A stretch of 63,318 nt of DNA, the filler included, from Octopus bimaculoides (Eukaryota), in the NCBI RefSeq assembly GCF_001194135.2. It is 4 parts of 4 records of this genome, joined end to end, with 100 filler letters (N's around TTAATTAATTAA, not from the genome) between each part and the next. Parts side by side here need not be neighbours in the genome. Positions count along the whole stretch, not along the records: positions 1 to 24,787 come from NC_068987.1; positions 24,888 to 55,977 come from NC_068991.1; 2 more parts are not named here. One strand, written 5' to 3'. A program made the translations under genes and the position numbers. Positions 13,189 to 25,711 of the stretch are shown here, piece after piece; within the stretch, counting starts at the first letter, position 1, and each line of letters begins with the position of its first letter. The notes beneath the pieces are model-generated. The model did no database searches. It was not told the origin of the DNA and saw nothing but the letters and a program-made list of their open reading frames with translations.

Positions 13189-13300
13189 ACACATCATTTA
13201 ACGTCCGTTTTCCATGCTGGCATGGGTTGGACAGTTTGACAAGACCTGGCTGGCTGAAGAGCTGTCCAGGCTCCATGTCTGTTTATAGCTCAGGCAGCTC
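13189..13300 (-). mobile_element. SINE tail fragment
   Basis: catcatttaacgtccgttttccatgctggcatgggttggac is the reverse complement of the shared tail. Confidence 0.8.
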
Positions 13301-13644
13301 TTCAGCTCCTGTTAAACCCTCCAACACATGGTCTGGACATGTTATGTTCATACCTATATATATATATATATATAGGTAGTAATACTAGTTATGTTGTAGT
13401 AATACTAGTAGCGATACTAGGTAGTAATACTAGTTATGAGCTTCAGAGCAAGTGTAGGAAAAATAAGGGTAAACAGAAGTTTAGATTGAAGTTCCTATGC
13501 ACATTTCACTATTAGGAGTCCTGCAATAGATGTTCCAAATGCATGTAAATGCTCAACAACAGGTCCCCAGTGAACACTATTATAAACTTGTGTTTATCTT
13601 TATTTTTCCTACATATATATAACAAGTGATAGAGACAGAAAATG

Positions 13645-13766
13645 GAATATACAAGAAACTTTATTGCTCGCAACAATCATTCGAACCCATTCTGCATCGA
13701 TCCCTTACACGGGATGCAGGATGGGTCGAAACAATCGTTGTGAGCAATAAAGTTTCTTGTATATTC
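13645..13766. repeat. Long inverted repeat (54-bp arms, 14-bp spacer)
   Basis: 13645-13698 versus 13713-13766; the outer 25 bp are perfectly complementary. Confidence 0.9.
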
Positions 13767-14150
13767 TGCCTCCCATTTCTATCATTTGTTATATATTCAA
13801 TGAACACAGAGGGATTCCTGAGGAAGATCCAGCAACAATTGTGTAAATACCATAGATGATATCTGGTAGCTATAGGCAGTGAACATGCTTCATTGGCTAA
13901 ATACTGGGTACATACCCAATACTTAATTATTGATATAACTCTTCGAAACGCTTAGTTTAGTATGGTGGCAGCTGATGAAGTATATGTTCTCTATGTGGCC
14001 TGTGTGTTTTCTGTGCTCTGTTTATGTTGTTTTTCATTTTGTCCATGTTTTTTTATGACATCCTGTACCCAGATATGCATCTATATATACATGTAGATGT
14101 AGGTATGTACATACATGTACGTATATATGCATATACTCACATATTATTTG

Positions 14151-14154
<4 letters not shown>

Positions 14155-14222
<68 letters not shown>
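14155..14222. repeat. (AT)n microsatellite
   Basis: Direct reading. Confidence 0.95.
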
Positions 14223-14225
<3 letters not shown>

Positions 14226-15562
14226 TTGGTCCTGTTCAACCCACCCATCTCTGCGACACACTCTCTCCCCTTTACTATACTCTGTCATCCATATAATGAA
14301 GGGCAGTATTGAACCTAGCTGTTTCCACTCCATCCACAGCCACTATCCTTATAACCCTACCTATCTTACTCACCATGATGCCTGTTTAATTAGAGTTTAA
14401 TTTGGATCTGCTCTATCTAACCAGTCTTCACCCCTTCACACACACACACCCAACTATGTTGGAGTATTGCAAGGAAAATTTTGACAAGTGAAATATTTTA
14501 AAATAAATTCATCATCATCATCGCCATCATTACACGTCCATATTCCATGTTGGCATGGGTAGTTTTGTGTATTATTATTAAATGGATCTTCCACAATGTA
14601 GTCGCTGCACACACACACACACACACACACAAGCATTATATATATATATTAGTTGACTGGATCAATTCAGTATATGGGGAAATGTTGGGAAAAAGTACCA
14701 GAACGTCTAGCAATATTAAACTAGAATGATGGCCTACCCTGAGAAGATGAGTAAATGCCAACCCTTGAAATCCTCAAGAGTTTACAATTACATTGTGTTA
14801 CTTTTATTTTTCCGTTTTTATCCTTTTTTTTTTCTTTTTTCTTTTTTTACTGTATAGTTAGTTCTCCAAAGAGATTCAAGGCAAATTCGACTTCAAAGAG
14901 CTTTGAACGCAGAACTGAGCAAGAGGGATGAAACGAATTATTTATTCGTAACCTATAACGAGATCTTTACTGTAGAAAGAAAAAACATTTAAGGTGAAAA
15001 CTTAAGTAACATCAAATTATTGTTCAATTAATATTACGAGATTCGAATGAAAATGTAAAAAGTTTACCCGAGTAAAATTCTCTGTTGGAAATCTGACTAA
15101 TGTTAAGCCCTAATGATTTCGAATGTTTGATTTTCTTGACATTCCTCACCGTCACCTAATAGAAGGGATTAAAAAAAAAAAAACCTTCAGGGTGTGATAA
15201 TGTAAGCGACATAGAGGGAGACCTCTAAGAAGTTAGGCAATCGAAACTTTTTTTTTATAGGAGTAGATACTAACAAAGAAAGGTACAAACTAGGTTGACT
15301 TCCAATCAAAATTTCTTAATTTTAAATCAACTAAGTTATTGAAGATAGATAGATAGATAGATAGGTGTGTGTGTGTGTGAAGTGAACAGTCGAAATGTCA
15401 GTGGGATTGTTTAAGCGCGGTTAAGACAATAGGCACACACCTGAGGAACATCATTCAAAAACACAGACCATGAGAGGGTTATTCCTTAGGAGCGCCCAAA
15501 TCAAAGACGACTGTGACGTTATTTGAACTCAGACCCGAGATTAACGAAAAATTACGTATTTT

Positions 15563-15716
15563 GGTACTACTAAAGCAGCGCGGACCCGAACGCGCAGTCG
15601 CGCGTCCGCGCTAGCTAGTCGTGAGTGGTCGATCTTAACCCTAACCCTAACCCTAAACACGTATTCATTTGCACACGCGGGTTAGGGTTAGGGTTAGGGA
15701 TAGGGTTAGGGTTAGG
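15563..15716. mobile_element. Element starting GGTACTACTAAA with a GC hairpin and inverted telomeric arrays, running into a gap
   Basis: Hairpin agcgcgg..acgcgc-agtc-gcgcgt-ccgcgct at 15577-15612; (CCCTAA)3 at 15636-15656; (GGGTTA)~6 at 15679-15716. Confidence 0.55.
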
Positions 15717-16821
15717 NNNNNNNNNNNNNNNNNNNNNNNNNNNNNNNNNNNNNNNNNNNNNNNNNNNNNNNNNNNNNNNNNNNNNNNNNNNNNNNNNNNN
15801 NNNNNNNNNNNNNNNNNNNNNNNNNNNNNNNNNNNNNNNNNNNNNNNNNNNNNNNNNNNNNNNNNNNNNNNNNNNNNNNNNNNNNNNNNNNNNNNNNNNN
15901 NNNNNNNNNNNNNNNNNNNNNNNNNNNNNNNNNNNNNNNNNNNNNNNNNNNNNNNNNNNNNNNNNNNNNNNNNNNNNNNNNNNNNNNNNNNNNNNNNNNN
16001 NNNNNNNNNNNNNNNNNNNNNNNNNNNNNNNNNNNNNNNNNNNNNNNNNNNNNNNNNNNNNNNNNNNNNNNNNNNNNNNNNNNNNNNNNNNNNNNNNNNN
16101 NNNNNNNNNNNNNNNNNNNNNNNNNNNNNNNNNNNNNNNNNNNNNNNNNNNNNTATACACGCGCGCACGCGAGGTGTAGTTGAATCATGCTTAAGCAACT
16201 GGGTGATGGGCACATAACTGAAGATAACATGTATTATGTGAAAATATTTTACATACGAATGAATGTGTAATAAAATAAATAAAAAAAAAAGCAAGGCATA
16301 AAGCGATTTTGCTCGGTAGGACTCCGATGTTAGATAACAGATTTGACAATTTATCAAAAAAGATACTACTACAGCAGGAGACTAAAAGCAGAAGGCAAAT
16401 AAATGATAATCGAACTGGATTGATTTAATACCGGCAGGACATCAAAGAAGAAAATCATAACATTCATCTATAGTAGAATTAGATACAAGTTACATATGAT
16501 TATACAGATTATAGATTAAACAGGTTTAGTTTTATCTTACAGATTATGCGTTTCTTTCTTTCTTTATTCATATATATATTTGTTCATACACACACCTACG
16601 CTGTTTTTAATGAATCAGAAACCAATGTGTTCGTTATTAAAATGACTTGTAAGTGGTTTGTAAAATAAAAGGTTTGAGGTCAAAATAAAACAATCGGTTC
16701 AAATTTGCTAAACATACCCATTAGTCACAGAGAAGTACTTAAATATTTAACTCCAATGAGTAATATAGTAATTACTTTAAGTAAAAAAAGAAAAAAGATA
16801 CTGCAACTCAACTCACATACA

Positions 16822-16945
16822 AAGTATACTGATGCAACCAAGTAATCAAAGATAATAGAATGGACCGTAACAACAAATATAACCCATAACTTGACGAAGA
16901 ATTCAGAGGAATATATGTGGTGGGTGTAAACCACATCGATGGAGG
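16822..16945 (-). other. Candidate first coding exon of a minus-strand host gene
   Basis: ATG ORF MWFTPTTYIPLNSSSSYGLYLLLRSILLSLITWLHQYTLY ending at a consensus GTGAGT donor; no homology recognised. Confidence 0.2.
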
Positions 16946-18871
16946 GGGGGGAGAGATAGTAGTTAACATTGATATAACATACATTCACGTATCAAATGAC
17001 AAGTTGTCCAGAAATTTGTACTGGCTACAAGATATCGGTTTGGGACAGCTTCCAGAAACGAAAGATCTTAACCACCGTTATAATTTTATTTCTTTAAAAA
17101 AATATAATAATACAATAACGAAAGTGAATAGAGAAAAAAATGAACACGACAGGACGATATGGCATCAAGTCAAAGTTACATAGACACTCGCTGGTGAATG
17201 AAATATTGTAGTAAAAGAACGAACTAGTTAGAAAAGAAGCGATGATGATGAAGAAGACAGCGAGAAGAGATGAGAAACGAAAGATGTGGTAGCTCTCCAG
17301 GGAATCTAGTCCAATTATTTGTCACACGTGGAATTTGTCGGGTGACAGCAAAAGTAAACGTGGGCAGTTATTGTATGACAATAAACATAAATATCATTTG
17401 TAGCTGAGCCTCCAAGAACATTATGAATTAGACACGACAAACACACACAAAAGAGAAACTTTTCCTATGTTCATTTGAATAGTTATGATTACAGGTATTC
17501 TGTGATAATAAAGAAATAACTAAAATGACCAGGTGGGAGAGAGTGTGAGTGTAGCTTTTCACCTGAGCAATAACAGCGAAGGCACGAAACCGTTCTCATA
17601 TGTGTGTGTGTTTGTATTAGATAACGGTCCTGTGCTTTGATGTTACTGAACAGGTGAAAGGCAAGATTACAAGACAACATATTTGTGTTTGATAAACGTT
17701 TTAACTAAATATGTCCATGTATGTGTGTGTATAAATGCTCACACACATTTATATATATATATATAACAAGGCAAAATTACGGGTAATACATTATGTAATC
17801 ATATTTAACCGATATTGCTGCTTTTGTAATAGTTTATTTCTTTTTTCTGTTAATTAACAAGAGTAAAAGGTGGAGGGAAAACAAAGGTTATAAACAATAT
17901 AATCGTACAATACATAAAATAAGGTAAGTACTATTTAGAGGGGCATGTCATCCAAAATAAAATTCTAATATTTTGTTGAACACAGATTCTCTACAATATC
18001 CCAAGCTATCCAGTGCTACAGTATAATGGGTTATCTTGTATTTTAACGGCGGAAAATTAAACACTACAACAAGCAATGAATATAAATAAACACCAGGACG
18101 GACAAATGATTTAATGATTTAAACCACTTCATATTGCACATTTGTAATGTTGAAAAACAAATTAATTAATAAAATAAATAATTTATAACATAGACTGGAT
18201 TGTTGATCCAATTTGAATATAAGATATTCTTTCATTGACATGATTTTAATCACCGCAGTTAAAATGCAAGATAACTGTATGTACGTATGCATGCATGTGT
18301 TTATGTATATATATATATATATAAGTACGTGTGTATGCATGAGTGAGTATGCGTGTATGTATGTTGTCATTTTCGTTCACGCTTTGTTGAAGCTGTAGGA
18401 ACGGGCATTCCATCACGGCAATTCTTGTCAGGAGAGTAAGGGATGTCGATCAGAAGGAGTAATAAAGAATGTCAAGCTGCATTCAACAGATAGTGTCTCG
18501 TCGAAGGAAATCAACAAACGAAACAAACATTGCAACAACGCTGAACAAATTGCCACAACTTCAACAGATTTCGGACACCGACTTAGGAAAAGAACCCAAA
18601 AAAAAGTGAATAAAAATGAGATACTCTGATCAGACATTAACATGTGTTGCATTTTTGGTCGATAATTACAAATAAAGTGTAAAAAAGACATTATTGTTTT
18701 GCGAAGAACACCAGTGACAGCCTTCACTCGTTCGTTATTCTCTTCGTGTCTTTCCCAACGTTTTTAGTTTCGTTTTTGTTTTTTGTTTTTTGTTGTTTTT
18801 AAATATTTATTTATTTATTTATTTTCTTTACATTTAATCTGTTTACTGTGGAGAAAAATGCGAAGACTTAC

Positions 18872-19080
18872 CTATTTTGGACAGCTTACAAATTGTATTT
18901 TGTTCGCTTTTTATTTCTTTTTTTTTGTGTGTGTGTGTTTGTGTGTATGCTTTCCTTTGTTTTTCTTTCGTGTTTGTAAAAATCCCAACTTGTATCAAAG
19001 CCGTTCATAGATATTCATTAAAGTATTTATAACAAACAACATTGAAAATTTCCCACTCGACTGTTTGCTGCCATGTTTAC
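18872..19080 (-). other. Candidate non-coding first exon of a minus-strand gene
   Basis: Consensus donor AG|GTAAGT (intron starts at 18871) directly downstream of the promoter motifs. Confidence 0.45.
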
Positions 19081-19170
19081 GTTGAAGCGCATGCGCACTC
19101 AATTGTCGCGCGTGGTAGCTAACCCTTCTCTCCTTCTTCTCCTCCTCCTCCCATTTCTCCCCTTCTCCAA
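19060..19170. promoter_or_regulatory. Probable housekeeping-type, possibly bidirectional, promoter
   Basis: Palindromic NRF1-type GCGCATGCGC at 19087-19096; YY1-like AAACATGGCAGC on the minus strand at 19067-19078; pyrimidine tract after 19120; it sits at the edge of a CpG-retaining region. Confidence 0.55.
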
Positions 19171-19974
19171 AACTTTACTCAGAGAATTTCGTCAGGAAAG
19201 CAAGAAAATATGTTTCTTCGGGGATAAATTAATTTTTTTTTTACTACGTTTTTCTAGATGATTCTCATGAAATCCATAAATACAATCAAACTATATTTAA
19301 TAGATATAGCTTAACAATAATATTCCTTGCAACCATCAAATAAAAACGAGTTTTTAACCATGTTTCTCTACACTGACAAAAAACCCTTCTCAAAGTCATA
19401 TCTCTAAATTTATAATGATCCCTAATTTGAAAATTATTTAAGAAAGATCTTAATAAAACACAAAATTGCTGCAAGATTAAGATAGTTATTCACCACATTG
19501 TGATATCAAATCTTGTTATGTTGTGCTTTCTTTTATCTTTTACTTGTATTCACTCATTGAAGCATTGACAAACACTAATATCTTCTGCTTCCTGAGATGA
19601 TGTCTATGCAGAGAATTATATCAATATAATCTGCATTTGTTATTGCTATGTCTGGATTTTGAGGGAAGGCAGATTTTGTTGAATGAAGCCAAATGCTTTA
19701 ATGTTGCCATCTGAAGTGCAAGGATATAATCTAAGCAGGTGCTAAATAGGAATGGTGCAAGCTTATAGCTTTTGCAAGCCACTTGTTATGTCAAAGAAAG
19801 TGTGGAGCTCTGCCAGGTTATCATACTCCAGTCCTTGTCTTCTTCCTTGGATATACTATGTGTGAGAAGTTGCACCATTTTGATTCAGTGGACAGAATTG
19901 GAAAATCTTCAATAGTTTAAAAATCAGTAAGCTTGCCTGATGATTTTTAGTCCTGACTTCTTTAATGGTTCTTC

Positions 19975-20012
19975 TTCTATCTATCTGTCTGTCTATCTAT
20001 CTACCTATCTAC

Positions 20013-20070
<58 letters not shown>

Positions 20071-20720
20071 GTCTGTCTGTATGTCTATCTATTTATCTAT
20101 CAACAACAAACCTGGTTACCACTTCATCAACACTGTTGCCACTGTGTAGCATCAAACATAATGCACCAGCACATCAGTACACACACATACACGCACCAGT
20201 CCCATATGTGCACACACCAAAAACGTACACATAAATACCAGAGGCATGAATATACACATACACCAGTCGTAAACATGCAGATATGCACACACACACACAA
20301 ATACAGAGATACACATACATACAAATATCAGACATTCATATATACACAATTCATACATGCTTGCCAAACGTATACAGACACATACATACACACAGCAGGC
20401 ACTAACACATATATGTGCATATACACACACACATAAACGTATGCACACACACATATATATATGTACACAGCTAATACTGACATACTCGTCTACATATAAA
20501 TACACACATGTACATATACACACACAGCTGATACACATTCATTCATGCACATCTACCAAATACATACACTCAAGGACACATACATATACATCCAAAAGCA
20601 AATGCTGCCAGCTCACACGCAGACACACACTCAGCAAACACACACATACCAGATATGCATACTCACACGCTCATATAGCAAGTATACCCACACACATATA
20701 CACACCAGCAACTGAACTTG
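19975..20720. repeat. (TCTA)n followed by degenerate (CA/TA)n low-complexity sequence
   Basis: Direct reading. Confidence 0.9.
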
Positions 20721-21099
20721 ATAACAATTCTCACTTCATTCCCTCGATAGTGAGGCATCACCAGATCCTATCCAACTACACAATCCTAGAAATACACATT
20801 GGGATTTCTATCTCTGTCTGATGTTACTGCTGTATCAATTACAATATCAACAAAACTAAAACCATGTGATCTGCTTTGACCAACAGCAGCTCAATCTCCT
20901 ATAGCCATCTTGAACTTTCTCCATTCAGTTACCTATGTCTGAAGAGCTAGGTTCATTTTATGAGCCCATGAAACTTTAAGTTGTATGGAGCTGGATCAAA
21001 CTGTTAATAAATTATATGTGTGTGTGTGTGTGCGTGGAAGAGGTAGACCCAGGAAGACATGGGACAAGGTGATGAAGCACAATCTTCAAATGTTGGGTC

Positions 21100-21618
21100 T
21101 AATGGAGGTGATGACAAGTGACCGAGACCTTTTGGCAATATGCTGTGCTTGAGAAGACTCATCAAGCCAAGTGAAATCGTAGTTGTGGCCGTTGCCAGTA
21201 TCATGTGAATGGCACCTGTGAAATCATAATCATGACCATTGCCAGTAGCATGACCATCGCGTGTCGGGCTTTGCAAAGGTGATGACAAGTGGCCGAGACT
21301 TTTCACGATATGCTGTGCTTGAGAAGATTCATCAAGTCAAGTGAAATCATAGTTGTGGCTGTTGCCAGTGTCGTGCAAATAGCACCCATGGAATCATAGT
21401 TATGGCCATTGCTGGTTTCATGTAAATGACACCCATGCCTGTGGTATGTAAAAAGCACCCATTGTACTCTCAGAGTGGTTGGTGTTAAGAAGAGCATCCA
21501 GCCAGAGAAACCATTCCAAATCAGACTGGAACCTGATGCAGCCCTCTGGCTTACCAGTTCCAGTCAAACCATCTAACCCATGCCCGCATGGAAAGTGGAC
21601 ATTAAATGATCATGATGT
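21100..21618 (+). mobile_element. SINE with duplicated internal unit (same structure as 9905-10337)
   Basis: Two ggtgatgacaagtg.ccgagac...gtgcttgagaaga units, then the shared tail. Confidence 0.8.
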
Positions 21619-21627
21619 TGATCAAGA

Positions 21628-21717
<90 letters not shown>

Positions 21718-23257
21718 ATAACGTTAATAACAGAAGCTTTGCTTCTTCTGATATTTAATGATTTGTGTACAAAAATAGAAGCAAAATGGTCAAGTAGTTA
21801 TGTCACAGGTCATATATCCAAATTTACAGTACTTTGAACACATTGTCATTTCAGCCTAGAACATTTTATCCTATACTGCCTCAGTTAATATGGCTGTTAG
21901 GAATAGATATGGCATCTTCTTGGGAAAGGTCATTAAGACTGATTATCTATTTATATATATATATATTACTTGCATTATGAATAGTTAATTAAGATGACTT
22001 TATTTATTAGTTAAGTACAGAGGGATAAATAGTAATTATTTTGTGTTTATGCACACAAAAATAATCTCATAAGTGACTTTATATGCAATGATAAAAAATA
22101 ACAATGAACTTGAACTGTTAAGTGCAAACAAACATGGAAATATTAAGATAATTTTAGTATGTATGCCATAATAGCTACAAACTTGTTCAGTTAATATAGG
22201 GCCTGAAGTTGGGTACAGGATCTGACAAATATACTAATTTCAAACAAATGTATGTTTTTATAAGATACACTTTTTATTAAATATATAGTCTTAAATAAAG
22301 CAAACAATTGTCATGTCTTTTGCGGCTGTATTATAGATAAGATATCAAGTGCATGAATGTATGATGAAACGTGTTAAATTTGTTTTTCTCCACAAAAAAT
22401 TTAGGGATTTGTCTCATGTGACAGTGCATCTTATAACTCTGGCAAATACAGTATTTTCTATGCATAACTGAATTGTTTTTTTTTTTTTGGTTGGTTGCAT
22501 GGCATGTGCATATGCACCTTAGCTGTACATTGATGTGAAGGTCATGGTGTCTGAAGCTTGCTGCAAGAGATTTCTAACTTGTTAAAGTGTCCCATTAATA
22601 CTCATAATAGAGGGACACAACCATCTTTGGAAAATATACCATGCAATAGCAGATCTTGTTAACAGGAGAATTTGAGGTTAGTAATGCTATTTAACAAAGA
22701 TTCATCAATTATAAAGTATTCCGGTTAAACAGAGCAAGAAGCTGCAGGATTCCATAATATCCTATTTATAGTTAGATCAACTGAGTTCTTGAGAATGAAG
22801 TTTCTTTTGTCTGAACATGACAAAAAAAAGTAAGCCCTTGTATTTTCATTGTGGAGATACATGCCCTAACATCTTAGCCTCCCATTTCAGAATGAGGAGC
22901 AAGCTTTAATGATCCGGATATAATTGTCAAAAAGAGGAATGAGAAGGAAGATTAAACAATTTAGAAAGGTCCTTACCTGTCATCAAGCTAGATTTTAAAT
23001 AATTACAGTGGCTAGCAAGTAAACAAGAGCCACACTGGTTGCATCATTAATGATACTGTGTATTAAGTGACTGTTATATAAGCAAGGCCTTTTGAAAAAG
23101 TACTTAACACGGTAGAGACAGAATTGATTGAAATGAACCACAGTGTATATACTTTTATAATGACTCTGTCATATACAATAGAGCCAAGGTAGAATTCACC
23201 AACATCACTAATTAACAAAATAACTGTTTATTATACAAGCATCCAATATGCTTCGTA

Positions 23258-23430
23258 AAGTGGTTGGCATTAGGAAGGACATCCTACTGTAGAAACCATG
23301 CCAAAGCAGTCATTGGAGTTCAGTGCAGTCCTGTAGCTTATCAGATCCTGTCAAACAATTCAACCTATACCAGCATGGTAGATGGACATTAAATGACAAT
23401 GATGTTGATAATGTTGTTGTTGATGATGAT
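23258..23430 (+). mobile_element. SINE 3' part
   Basis: gtggttggcattaggaaggacatcc...ccagcatggtagatggacattaaatga. Confidence 0.75.
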
Positions 23431-23895
23431 AGTATACAATATTCTTGCAATAAGCTGTAAACCAGAAAGAGTGAAAACTTTTCAACTAACCTATTTCACC
23501 ACTACCTGTAGCAGGATATGAACTGCTAATCCTTTGTCCATTATCAATTCTTCCAATGACTATTCTCATATGAAAATGGTCCAGACCATACTTTGACTTT
23601 TTCAAGTCATGAAAAAACACTTCTACAGAATAGTGCCAAGGGTAAAAAGAGAAGGCATTAGTTGGGAATTAAAATGATGCATTCAAATGTGTATTTCTTG
23701 AAATATACCAGAACTACTGTTGCTGCAACTGAAGCATTGGTCAGAGCCCATTAGAAATAGATTTGCAGCACCAAAGGTTTATGCAATGACTCTATCACCA
23801 CAACAATTATAAGAATAGAAGGAAAACAAAAAAAAATTAATAAGTATTCAAATTTATCAGATCTGGTAATATTTCGAGAAAGAACTCAACAGTTA

Positions 23896-24111
23896 CAAGG
23901 GAGTGCTAAAAAACTTCTGGCTTTGTGTAAAAGAAAATACAGGAGGATCAGTTAATTATGGTTTTACTCAACATATTTCCCTTTCAGATTGACGCACTTA
24001 TTGCAGTAGTCCTCCAGTTTTCCTAAGTCTTGTAAAAGAACTCAGAAGGTTAGGCCTCCAAACAGGCTTTCACGATACCCTTAAAGCCAGGAACTTTTCA
24101 GCACCCCCTCA
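23896..24111 (-). mobile_element. Mariner-derived MITE with TIRs of about 29 bp and TA flanks
   Basis: caagggagtgctaaaaaacttctggcttt ... aaagccaggaacttttcagcaccccctca, flanked by TA; second copy at 45604-45820. Confidence 0.8.
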
Positions 24112-24546
24112 TACTATCCAATTCTAGATTTTGTCTAAACCCTTATGAAAATATGCTGACAACATTACAAATTGCAACATATTAATATAAAATATTTACC
24201 CAAAATTTACAAAAGTAATTTAGAATAAAAAATAAAATTAATTACATCTGCATTTTCTATGTTTATTTAATCATTTAAATGGAACCCAAAGTAGAACAAA
24301 AGCCTATGTCAAATAAAAACTCAAAAGTTACTGAAACTGACAATATGTTTTTCTTTTGTAAACTTTTCCATATGACAAATGGTTAAATGCGTTTTTTTTT
24401 AATGCCTTTAAAATTATAAAAGCAGATTGCATTTTTTATAAATTTCTATAAAAGACATTAATTGTATTAAATAATTTATATTCTAAAACAGATTTCTACT
24501 AGAACAATTTATAAACATGAATTGAAATGAATACATTTTACTCTAA

Positions 24547-24565
24547 AATAATAATAATAATAATG

Positions 24566-24627
<62 letters not shown>

Positions 24628-24787
24628 CAGTTCAAATCCAACCCCAAAAAACTCTACCAAGAACTGGGTAAAAATAAAATAGACATTACTGCAGCACCAA
24701 CAGCAGAAGAACTGGAAGAATTCTGGAAATAAATATGGTCGGTGAAGCAACAATCCCAGAAAAGGACCATTAAAACAACGAAGTTAG
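24547..24787 (+). mobile_element. (AAT)n run followed by a 5'-truncated RLE LINE fragment at the scaffold end
   Basis: NNKQFKSNPKKLYQELGKNKIDITAAPTAEELEEFWK*IW resembles the pre-RT region of R4/Dong-like ORFs. Confidence 0.65.
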
Positions 24788-24887
24788 NNNNNNNNNNNNN
24801 NNNNNNNNNNNNNNNNNNNNNNNNNNNNNNNTTAATTAATTAANNNNNNNNNNNNNNNNNNNNNNNNNNNNNNNNNNNNNNNNNNNN
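24788..24887. other. Artificial scaffold-joining spacer
   Basis: 44 N + TTAATTAATTAA + 44 N = 100 bp; the linker gives stops in all six frames. Confidence 0.95.
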
Positions 24888-24957
24888 CACACACACACAT
24901 ATACATATACATATATAAATACAGATACATGCACACTCACACACGTATATATGTATG

Positions 24958-25007
<50 letters not shown>

Positions 25008-25264
25008 TGTGTGTGTGTGTGTACTTGCATGTGTGTAACTAAAGGAAATTCTTGGACTTTTTCCTAACTGAACTTGTTTGGCAGCAGCTTCATCAGCAAC
25101 AGTATCTGCAGCAGCAATGGTAAAGAACAGTTGCAGCAGCACCAGTAGCAGCACCGGTAGCTTGAGAGTGTGAATTATTCTTGCTTGGCATACTGTACTG
25201 ACCGAAATCAGACGAAAAGAACGGTGAGATTCTGTAGCATGGAACGGGTAGAACCCGTTGTGCC

Positions 25265-25310
<46 letters not shown>

Positions 25311-25661
25311 ATTTTGTTGATGTTGTTGTTGCTGCTGCTGTTGTTGTTATCGTTGTTGTTGTAGTTGCGATGCTACAATCATCGGTGTTGTAACTGTTGT
25401 ATTTGTTATTGTTGATGTTGTGATGTTCTTGCATCCCATGTAGGCTTTTGTCAGCGTCAGAGAGGCATGACTTGGAAAACAACAGAAAAGATAAAAAAAA
25501 AAAACATTAAAAAATTTTATATATTTGTATATCTGCACATCTCCACCCATACATACATGCATACATACAATATATATTTATAAGTATCTATCTATCTATC
25601 AATCTATCTATCTCTATATAAATACACACACACACATGTGTGTGTGTGTGTGCGTGTGTGC

Positions 25662-25708
<47 letters not shown>

Positions 25709-25711
<3 letters not shown>

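Noticed and set aside
13940-13990. CGAAAC followed by CTGATGAAG (hammerhead-like words)
   Set aside because: I could not build consistent helices I-III in any topology.
15636-15716. Telomere-telomere fusion site
   Set aside because: The orientation is CCCTAA then TTAGGG, the reverse of a fusion signature, and the arrays are short.
21060-21300. Repeated GTGATGA C-box-like words suggesting C/D snoRNAs
   Set aside because: They are part of a duplicated SINE unit, with no properly placed CTGA D box or terminal stem.
24990-25230. Minus-strand frame resembling a signal peptide plus a semaphorin-like PRISFSY
   Set aside because: No ATG, no convincing donor, and it is built largely from GCT/GCA repeats.
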